Virus record (IMG/VR): IMGVR_UViG_3300033568_000010
Location: 1 to 64,000 of that record
DNA: 64,000 nt
DNA from: a virus
Strand: one strand, 5' to 3'
Numbering within the stretch: the first letter of the stretch is position 1; each line of letters begins with the position of its first letter. This document shows, one piece after another, positions 37,702 to 45,120 of the stretch. The position numbers and the translations under genes were made by a program. Below the pieces are notes generated by a model. It searched no databases. It saw only the letters and a program-made list of their open reading frames with translations, and was not told where the DNA came from.

Positions 37702-38214
37702 ATGAACGAAACGAAAACACTCGCTACCAAGTCGGCAGTCAACACTACGTCGTCCATTGACGACGCGATGCTTGAGCTTAGTCTTCTGAAGAAGACCGTG
37801 GCTAAGATTACCGCGAAGTACACTTCGCAGATTGACGAGCTTCGCTTGGCACTAGAGGAAGCTACTACCCCCCTTCGCGAGAAGGCTGACCAGATTGAGG
37901 CCTCCATTCTTCGCACTGCCGCGAAGGAGTGGGATCGTACCTCCATTCGGCAGCAGTACCCCCTAGGGGACGTTAAATGGTCGCTCCCCAAGGGACGACT
38001 TGATTTTACCTTCAACGAAGCTACGACCCTAAAGCTGATCGAAAAGGCAGGGCTTGCTGACCGTCTTATCAAGACGACCAAGTCGGTCAAGAAGAATGAG
38101 GTCAAGGAGCTTCCTGAGAAGCAGCTGATCAAGCTGGGGTGTGAGATCGTCAAGGACGATCCTACTCCTGCCCTTGAGCTTAATTATGAGATGATCATGG
38201 CGCGGATGGAATAG
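37702..38214 (+). CDS. gam: Mu Gam-like (Ku-related) DNA-end-binding host-nuclease inhibitor
   Basis: 170 aa. N-terminal coiled coil, then GDVKWSLPKGRLDF and KLIEKAGLADRLIKTTKSVKKNEV. These align by eye with Mu Gam GDVSWRVRPPSVSI and ETLERLGLQRFIRTKQEINKEAI. Confidence 0.65.
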   Translation: MNETKTLATKSAVNTTSSIDDAMLELSLLKKTVAKITAKYTSQIDELRLALEEATTPLREKADQIEASILRTAAKEWDRTSIRQQYPLGDVKWSLPKGRLDFTFNEATTLKLIEKAGLADRLIKTTKSVKKNEVKELPEKQLIKLGCEIVKDDPTPALELNYEMIMARME

Positions 38215-38271
38215 AGTTGGTGCTTACTAAGGTTATACTGAGTGCTCACCTCCTCGCAAGTTGAGCCACTA

Positions 38272-38319
38272 GCTATGGAGACATAGCGGGGCCTACGCAA
38301 GTAGGCCCTTTTACTTTTT
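38272..38319 (+). terminator. Tandem hairpins; the second is a rho-independent terminator
   Basis: GCTATG/GAGA/CATAGC, then GGGCCTAC/GCAA/GTAGGCCC followed by TTTTACTTTTT. Confidence 0.7.
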
Positions 38320-38353
38320 GGAGCGGTAAATCAACGACTTAGTTCAGCAACCA

Positions 38354-38367
38354 CAGGTTGCAACCTG
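38354..38367. promoter_or_regulatory. 14-bp perfect palindrome 7 nt upstream of the start codon
   Basis: CAGGTTG-CAACCTG. The upstream GCAACC (38347-38352) can pair alternatively with GGTTGC. No SD is visible before ATG 38375. Confidence 0.3.
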
Positions 38368-38374
38368 ATAAAGC

Positions 38375-39823
38375 ATGGCTACTCAGTATAAATATCCGCA
38401 GCTAGCGGAAGGTAAAAACGGTGATTGGAAGAAAGAGGGGTATAAGCTAAGCCACTCCTATCGCTCCAATGGTGTTGACGTGTATGTACACTCCAAGGAA
38501 GGTGTTCGTGTTGGAAATCTATCCGCAGACCACTCCTCACGCGCCCCCAATACATTATATGCGCGTGGGGTTGATGTTGAAGACGAGCATCTTAGGAAAG
38601 GCATAGCCACCGCTATGTACGACCATGCCCGTAAAGTCACTGGAAGAAAGTTCGTTACTGGGAGGGATCAGTCTGAGGACGGTAAAGCATTTCGTAGTAA
38701 ATACGACGCAAGAAAGCAAAGTAAACCTGCTGCTGAGCCAGTAGTCGAAGTTAAGCTAGGCGATGCTACCGTCACCTTCGGTGACAGAGCCAAGGCTAGG
38801 TATAAAAAGGTTCATCACTCTATAGACTCCATTCAGCACGAGAAGCCGTTGACCATCCCTTTCCATAGAAAGACATTTCCACCTGCTCCAAACATGGGTG
38901 GTAGGTTTGGGCAGGACGTAGAGCCTCACGGGGAGTACATGTCCTATGGGCATGGAGCTTCCGCCAGCTATGACACCCAGCACGGGGAGAAGCTTATTTC
39001 CAATCAGGTAAATGGAACAGTACGTTTCAAGAAGCCCTACGTAGTTACTGACACTGAAAATTATACATGGAAACACGATCTAGCGTCTAAGCTGGGTAAA
39101 AAAGGTAGATCCCTGTCTACCCACTTGCAAAAGAAGGGCTATGATGGTATTGTGGTTCTTCCATCCAAAGGGAAAGTTCCCACGGAGATGGTAAACCTTA
39201 GTGGGAAGAAGACAGTACATGAGGCGGCAAATTTAAGTGAGCGTGATGGTACCTTTGATTATGCCTCCACTCAGGTGAACTTTCCACGGGGTGCCAGCAA
39301 GATTCATCAGGCATTTGCTTACTCGATAATCGATCCAAACGACCTAGCTTCACATGGGTTTGAGACACAGCCTCATGCAACGCTGAAGTACGGCCTGCAC
39401 CATGATGATCCAGAGCCGCTGAAGCGGCTGCTTGCACATGAGTCACCATTCACCGCTCACTTGGGAGTTACAAAAGTCTTTCCTGCTAACGAACAGCGCC
39501 CAGATAGTGACTGTGTGGTGTTAACTATAGACTCACCTGATATGCACCGTTTGAATCGTAAGATTAAGGAAGCCTACCCGCATACCGACACCTACCCTAC
39601 ATATGATCCGCACTGTACAGTAGCCTATGTCAAGGCGGGTCTAGGTAAGAAGTACGAGGGGCTTCAGCAGATGAAAGGAACACCTATCACATTCAACTCT
39701 GTTGCTTTAAGCAGTAAATCAGGGGAACAGCAGGTGATTCCTTTAGGTCTTCAATCTGTAAGCCCCTCCGCTGCTCAAGACAGAACAGTCGTATTGAAAT
39801 ATAATAAACCTAAGCTAAGTTAG
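38375..39823 (+). CDS. Multidomain protein: small GNAT-like N-terminal segment, unknown middle domain, C-terminal 2H phosphoesterase (LigT/Acb1 fold class)
   Basis: Two H-x-T-x motifs (PHATLKYG and PHCTVAYV) about 80 aa apart. The N-terminus VDVEDEHLRKGIATAMYDHA is GNAT-motif-A-like. The middle has RFGQDVEPHGEYM and KKGYDGIVVL. Confidence 0.6.
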   Translation: MATQYKYPQLAEGKNGDWKKEGYKLSHSYRSNGVDVYVHSKEGVRVGNLSADHSSRAPNTLYARGVDVEDEHLRKGIATAMYDHARKVTGRKFVTGRDQSEDGKAFRSKYDARKQSKPAAEPVVEVKLGDATVTFGDRAKARYKKVHHSIDSIQHEKPLTIPFHRKTFPPAPNMGGRFGQDVEPHGEYMSYGHGASASYDTQHGEKLISNQVNGTVRFKKPYVVTDTENYTWKHDLASKLGKKGRSLSTHLQKKGYDGIVVLPSKGKVPTEMVNLSGKKTVHEAANLSERDGTFDYASTQVNFPRGASKIHQAFAYSIIDPNDLASHGFETQPHATLKYGLHHDDPEPLKRLLAHESPFTAHLGVTKVFPANEQRPDSDCVVLTIDSPDMHRLNRKIKEAYPHTDTYPTYDPHCTVAYVKAGLGKKYEGLQQMKGTPITFNSVALSSKSGEQQVIPLGLQSVSPSAAQDRTVVLKYNKPKLS

Positions 39824-39832
39824 CCCTACTGC

Positions 39833-41320
39833 TTGAAACTTAAAATTGGAAATTTATACGTAGAGCCTTCAGGCTCATCTGACGAGATACGCACTCTCCA
39901 GACACTACTCACCGTAAAAAACCCTAAAGCAAAATTTGCAAAGAGCCGCTGGAACCAGAAGGAACCAGTAAATCTTTATTTCTTTGATGAAGAGGGTAGG
40001 TTTTTACGTGGGCTGCTGCCTTGGGTGCAGGAAGGGCTTGCCTCTGCAGGTATCATCCCTGAATTATTGATTTTTAAGGAAGAGACATTTGACTTCCACG
40101 AGTGCCCCGTAGACCTATTAACAACTCCGCTCCGAGACTATCAAAAAGAAGCCGTAGAACAGGCGTTCTACTGGCGTAGAGGCGTTGTACAGGTTGCTAC
40201 GGGTGGTGGGAAGACCCTGATCATCGCTGCGGTTAACAAGCTCGTAGAAGACGTTTACAAGGGTACTACGTTAACCTTCGTAAATAAGATCCACTTGATG
40301 CACCAGACTGTAGAACGGTTCAGGCAGTATGGACTTAAGAATGTCGGATACTTGGGTGCCGGTGAGTATGAAGAGGGGAGGCACATGGTTGTTATGGTGC
40401 AGACCGCTCAGAAGCTTGCTAAAAAAGGAGAAGTTGACTTTCTTAATGTGACCTGTGTCAACTTTGATGAAACGCATCACTTGGGGGCAAAGTCTTGGTC
40501 TAAGTTGGCTGTGAGTGCAGAGGCAGCTAAGTTCTCTCTAGGCTACTCTGGTACTCCCTTTAGACAGGGAGAACTGAACTACTACGACCCTGAAGACATC
40601 CAGTTACTAGGTCTTACTGGCGGTGTGATTGTAAGGGTATCAGCTTCCTATTTGATTAGAGAAGGCTATCTTGCCAGACCATACATCTTTATGATACCTT
40701 GTGAGGAAGCGACTACTTACCCTGAAAATGATAGTAGCTGGCAGGATGTAGAGAAAGCCTTTATTGTAGAAAATGGGTATCGAAATAATTTAATAGCTAG
40801 ACTAGCTAAAACATTAACAGATCGCGGAATGAACCCCTTGCTTCTTGTCAGCAAGATTGAGCATGGAAGGCTTTTGCTCTTAGAGCTTGACAAACTAGGG
40901 ATGCGTCCGCTATTCTTGAGTGGAGGTCCAACACGGCATGAAATACTCATGGGTGAAGTTGTTTCTTATGAAGATGAGGATGCAGATGCATCCATCAACG
41001 AATACCTTGAGGGTACCTTTAACGTACTCATAGGCTCTACCGTATTTGACGAAGGTGTGGACCTACCTGCAGTTTCTGCCATGATCAACTGTGCAGGTGG
41101 AAAAGCATTTATTAAAAATCTTCAAAGAGTTGGTCGTCCATTGCGCCCCAAAGCAGATGGTCCGAATGAGGCGTATATCTTTGATTTTTGGGACTTTACA
41201 CACAAGTGGTTACTAAAACATTCAGGAGAACGAGCAGACGACTATAGGACCGAGGAGGAATTCGTAGTCTACGACGACGGTTACTCCGCATCAACAGAGT
41301 TTTTCAGCGAAGAGTGGTAA
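39833..41320 (+). CDS. SF2 DExH helicase, T4 UvsW-like
   Basis: VATGGGKT (Walker A), FDETHH (DExH), GYSGTPFR. The C-terminus LLKHSGERADDYRTEEEF parallels T4 UvsW LLKHGIDRIQRYADEKF. TTG start. Confidence 0.75.
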   Translation: MKLKIGNLYVEPSGSSDEIRTLQTLLTVKNPKAKFAKSRWNQKEPVNLYFFDEEGRFLRGLLPWVQEGLASAGIIPELLIFKEETFDFHECPVDLLTTPLRDYQKEAVEQAFYWRRGVVQVATGGGKTLIIAAVNKLVEDVYKGTTLTFVNKIHLMHQTVERFRQYGLKNVGYLGAGEYEEGRHMVVMVQTAQKLAKKGEVDFLNVTCVNFDETHHLGAKSWSKLAVSAEAAKFSLGYSGTPFRQGELNYYDPEDIQLLGLTGGVIVRVSASYLIREGYLARPYIFMIPCEEATTYPENDSSWQDVEKAFIVENGYRNNLIARLAKTLTDRGMNPLLLVSKIEHGRLLLLELDKLGMRPLFLSGGPTRHEILMGEVVSYEDEDADASINEYLEGTFNVLIGSTVFDEGVDLPAVSAMINCAGGKAFIKNLQRVGRPLRPKADGPNEAYIFDFWDFTHKWLLKHSGERADDYRTEEEFVVYDDGYSASTEFFSEEW

Positions 41321-41343
41321 CATATCGATAAAAAGGAAGATCA

Positions 41344-43182
41344 ATGGGTTCAGCACTACCAACACAGTTCAAACCACTACCAAAAACTACACAACAGACA
41401 ACTACAAGTGATGCAGCACCAAAGACAACAGTAATTTCCACTGCCCCTGCAGGGTACGCCCCTGTGGTAACACCTCCCCCACCTATGCTGGCAGTGAGCC
41501 AGCCAGCACCAGTTACACACGAGCGCAAGTTCCCTTTCGGAGCTACTTTTCAGTTAAAGGCACTTGCCATCATCCTAAGAACTCCTAATGTCCTTCATGA
41601 CTACTGTAAGGATATTAAGGCTGCGTATTTTGAAGATCCTGTGCTGCAGAATCTTTTCCGCATTATTCAGGCTTACTACTTTACTTACAAGGTGGCCCCA
41701 ACGGAGTCTGCCCTGTTAGAAGAGATTAAGGTGGACGCAAAGAAGCTGGGATTTTCCGATGAGTTTATCGGAGGTCTAGCTGCAGTTGCACACGAGATTT
41801 GCACGTCAGTAGAAATTGATGAGGCGGATTACATTCAGGATAGAATGGTGAGCTTCATTAAGTTCCGTCGCGCACTAGAGGTAACGCTTAAGATGGCGGA
41901 TCTAGTGGATAAGATGGACACCCACGGTCAGGGTGACTTTGATCAGGTACTTCCACTCATCCGCGAGCTAAACGCCATTGGGAGTAAAGGAACACAGGGG
42001 TATGACTTTGCGGATAACGTAGCAACTCTGTCTGACCAGCTTCGCAACTCAGACATTTATAGCTCTGCGATGAAGGTGCCTATCGGAATTAAGAAGTTCG
42101 ATCATATCCTCGACGGAGGCCTAGGTGCTGGTGAAATTGCATTTATTGTAGCTGGTGCCGGTGTTGGCAAGAGTAGTTTGCTGCTTAACACTGCTATTGC
42201 AGCACAACAGGCAGGTGTTAATGTTCTTGTCGTTACGATGGAGCTAAAAGAAAGCGATTATGCCCTTCGTGCTGCACAGCGTTATGCTGGAGTGTCTAAA
42301 GAGCATGTGCTCTATAACTCAATGCGGTATCAGGATCGTATGCCTACGGTTATAAGCATGGCAAATAAAGCAAAGCTGATCTTCAAATACTTTCCACCGG
42401 GACGTTGTTCCGTAGATTCACTGCGGTCTTATTTCTCGCAGCTTCTTACACAGGAAGAGAACCAAGGGCAGTGGCTTGTGATTATTGACTACCTAGAGAA
42501 GATGAAGATGGGTGGTGATGATCGTAGAAATAACCGTGAAGACTGGGCTTTGATTGGAGATACAGTCAATGAACTGATTGCCTTTGGTCACGAGTTTAAT
42601 GTGCCTATCTTCTCCGCGTCACAGACAACACGGTCTGGTTATGCTAAGGTAGCTCGTAGTAAGGGAACAAAGCATACAGATAAGGATGACATTGGTGCTT
42701 CTTGGAAGAAGGTAGAGCATGCTGACGTAATCCTTGCGTTTGATCAGTCTGAGATTGAAAAGGCAGCAGGTGTTGCAAGGCTACGGGCACTCAAGGTGCG
42801 TCGAGGCAAGGACGGTATTTCGGTTAGGATTAAGGATAACCGCCCAACAATGACCTTCGTTGAAATGGAAGGTGATATCACTGACGCAACGATGACGCTC
42901 AGTCCTGTAATGGAGTATAGCCCTCGCCGTGACGGCGAACTGCTTGTGCTTCACAATAACTATGATAACATCACTCCTTATGAGGATGAGTCACTAGATG
43001 GTCTTATTCGTCCTCCACAGGTTGACATCGAAGACTATCTTGAGGATCAGATTAATTCACTATCCAGCGAGCGTGACGAGATGGATATTGACGTTGTTGC
43101 TAACGAACAGCGTCAGAGAGCAGCAAACATGCATATGACCGCAGGAGGGGTCCAGCAGCTAGTTAGGAGTAAGCTTGAATAG
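41344..43182 (+). CDS. DnaB-family replicative helicase with a Pro/Thr-rich N-terminal extension
   Basis: GLGAGEIAFIVAGAGVGKSSLLLN (Walker A) and VIIDYLEKM. SD AAGGAAG upstream. Confidence 0.8.
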   Translation: MGSALPTQFKPLPKTTQQTTTSDAAPKTTVISTAPAGYAPVVTPPPPMLAVSQPAPVTHERKFPFGATFQLKALAIILRTPNVLHDYCKDIKAAYFEDPVLQNLFRIIQAYYFTYKVAPTESALLEEIKVDAKKLGFSDEFIGGLAAVAHEICTSVEIDEADYIQDRMVSFIKFRRALEVTLKMADLVDKMDTHGQGDFDQVLPLIRELNAIGSKGTQGYDFADNVATLSDQLRNSDIYSSAMKVPIGIKKFDHILDGGLGAGEIAFIVAGAGVGKSSLLLNTAIAAQQAGVNVLVVTMELKESDYALRAAQRYAGVSKEHVLYNSMRYQDRMPTVISMANKAKLIFKYFPPGRCSVDSLRSYFSQLLTQEENQGQWLVIIDYLEKMKMGGDDRRNNREDWALIGDTVNELIAFGHEFNVPIFSASQTTRSGYAKVARSKGTKHTDKDDIGASWKKVEHADVILAFDQSEIEKAAGVARLRALKVRRGKDGISVRIKDNRPTMTFVEMEGDITDATMTLSPVMEYSPRRDGELLVLHNNYDNITPYEDESLDGLIRPPQVDIEDYLEDQINSLSSERDEMDIDVVANEQRQRAANMHMTAGGVQQLVRSKLE

Positions 43183-44275
43183 CTATGAACTAGAGCTACA
43201 GTTGAATAATGTCCTTGGAGTAGGCACAGACCACGGGGACAATATTTCATACAATTGTCCTTTTTGCGAAGGCAAGGGCAAGTCGGAAGACACTGAAGAG
43301 AAGCTGTGGGTAAACCTAGAAAAGCTAGTATTCATTTGTTATAGGTGTGAGACACAGGGATCACTAAAATACCTGTTTACTAGATTAAACCTTACAATAG
43401 AAGACTCCGTAAGGCTGAAGGACTTTTATTCACGCATAGCATCGTTGAGAGGTATTGAAGTAAAAGAGGAGGTGGAACCAGCGTCTACTGATGTCATCGT
43501 AGATGACTATGTTCCACACCTGATGGAGGAGAGATGTATTCCTGTAAGCACAGACAGCCCCGGCTGGGGGTACCTGCGTAGCAGGGGGTTGAGCAAGGAA
43601 GATCTTGATTTTTATCAGTTTGCAGAAGGTGGAGAGCGGGGGAGATACCGAAACAGGGTTATTGTTCCTACCTTTGACTTCACTGAAAGTAAGGTTAAAT
43701 TTTTTGTGGCAAGGGCTTATTTACCTGTTTTCTTCTATAAGAAAGGTGTTAAGAAGGAAGCTCCTAAGTATTTAAATCCAAGAGGTAAAAATAGATCTTT
43801 AACCTTATTTAACCTGTGGAAGGCTTTAGACGTTTCGTCTACGGAAATTGTAATTACCGAGGGAGTGTTCAGTGCAATAGGTGCAGGTAAAAACGCAGTA
43901 GCTACGTATGGAAAGCTTGTTGCTGACACACAGGTAAATTTGCTTGCAAAAAATATAGGCAGTAGAGAGGCTATTGTAGCACTAGACGGTGATGCCCATG
44001 AGCAGGCACTTGAGTTGTGTGGTAGACTTAAGCTCGCTGGAGTAAATGTAGTAAGCATGGTTACTCTTCCCTATGGGGAAGACCCTGACTCATTGCGATC
44101 TGTATTTTCGCGCTACGTCGCAGAAAGAACACCAGCGGACGACATTAGTATGCTAAAATTAAGAACAAGTGGGGCATTGTGCGTGGGCAAACCGCATAGC
44201 CAGCACACTACTCTACCTGTGAATGTAGAAAGTCTACACACTAAAATACTAAACATAATTTCAAGAAATAAATAA
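43175..44275 (+). CDS. DNA primase (zinc finger + TOPRIM)
   Basis: CPFCEGKG...CYRCETQG zinc ribbon. ITEGVFSAI and ALDGDAHE are TOPRIM motifs. TTG start overlaps the helicase stop. Confidence 0.7.
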   Translation: MNSYELELQLNNVLGVGTDHGDNISYNCPFCEGKGKSEDTEEKLWVNLEKLVFICYRCETQGSLKYLFTRLNLTIEDSVRLKDFYSRIASLRGIEVKEEVEPASTDVIVDDYVPHLMEERCIPVSTDSPGWGYLRSRGLSKEDLDFYQFAEGGERGRYRNRVIVPTFDFTESKVKFFVARAYLPVFFYKKGVKKEAPKYLNPRGKNRSLTLFNLWKALDVSSTEIVITEGVFSAIGAGKNAVATYGKLVADTQVNLLAKNIGSREAIVALDGDAHEQALELCGRLKLAGVNVVSMVTLPYGEDPDSLRSVFSRYVAERTPADDISMLKLRTSGALCVGKPHSQHTTLPVNVESLHTKILNIISRNK

Positions 44276-44286
44276 GGAGCGTACAT

Positions 44287-44976
44287 ATGGGAACCTTAAG
44301 AGAAGCAACAACACAATTAAGCAAAGTAAGTAAAAACGAAGGGTTTACTTTAGAGGACAGAGAAAATTTAAACTCAGCGCTGTCTAAGCTGGTAGCGCTA
44401 TGTAATATATATCGTTACGAGGCAGGTATAGGGGGCGACATTAGTTTTACACTTTCAGAGGGGGAAGCTGAGAGCGGAAGTTTAACTGCAGGTAAGTTTT
44501 TTATTTGTGCATATTCTCCTGTGATAGATGGTGTAGAGTATTCCATTGAAAATGAAGACGCTATTTTAGTAAGTAATGAAAATAGTAGTGGCATTGTTGA
44601 GATGACAGGGATACCCAGTGGTGTTACGTATAAAATATATTGTAGTCTAGTTGATCAGCCAGCTGATGCTCCTTACTCAAATTTTGTATATGCTGGAAGC
44701 CTAACAGAGGATGGTACCCTAACAATAGAAAGTGTTCCAGTGAGTGGTGCCGCTCCCACTCCCCGCGAAGACGAAGATATTATTCCAGATGAAACTACCT
44801 ATGCTAAAGTGCAAGAGGCTGCACATTACACAGCTATGGCAGCATATGCCAGCACTGGAACCTTAAACAGAGCAACTAATAATGTTCTAGAAGAGGTAAA
44901 AACAGAAAATGAGTATGTAAATCTTGCCTACTCTGCTGCAAGTGCCGTAATAGCGCTGCAGCTTGCCAATGCATAG
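44287..44976 (+). CDS. Hypothetical protein
   Basis: 229-aa ORF with TAAGGAG SD, lying between the primase and polymerase genes. Confidence 0.55.
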   Translation: MGTLREATTQLSKVSKNEGFTLEDRENLNSALSKLVALCNIYRYEAGIGGDISFTLSEGEAESGSLTAGKFFICAYSPVIDGVEYSIENEDAILVSNENSSGIVEMTGIPSGVTYKIYCSLVDQPADAPYSNFVYAGSLTEDGTLTIESVPVSGAAPTPREDEDIIPDETTYAKVQEAAHYTAMAAYASTGTLNRATNNVLEEVKTENEYVNLAYSAASAVIALQLANA

Positions 44977-45071
44977 AAAATTAATTTTATTGGGTGAAAT
45001 AAACCACAACTTTACACAGTTTAGCACTGTGTTGGTAGATGAGTGATCTCCTTTCTTGTTAGTTGTAAATG

Positions 45072-45098
45072 GAGGCCAGCAGTGACCCTGCTGGCCTC
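45072..45098 (+). terminator. 11-bp perfect hairpin (possible terminator, weak U-tract)
   Basis: GAGGCCAGCAG / tgacc / CTGCTGGCCTC followed by tatcattt. Confidence 0.45.
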
Positions 45099-45120
45099 TA
45101 TCATTTAAATTGGAGGATTT

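Noticed and set aside
37692-38153. 153-aa minus-strand ORF opposite the gam-like gene
   Set aside because: The open antisense frame is explained by the strong GC3 bias of the + strand gene. The + strand product matches Mu Gam motifs and has a promoter and terminator.
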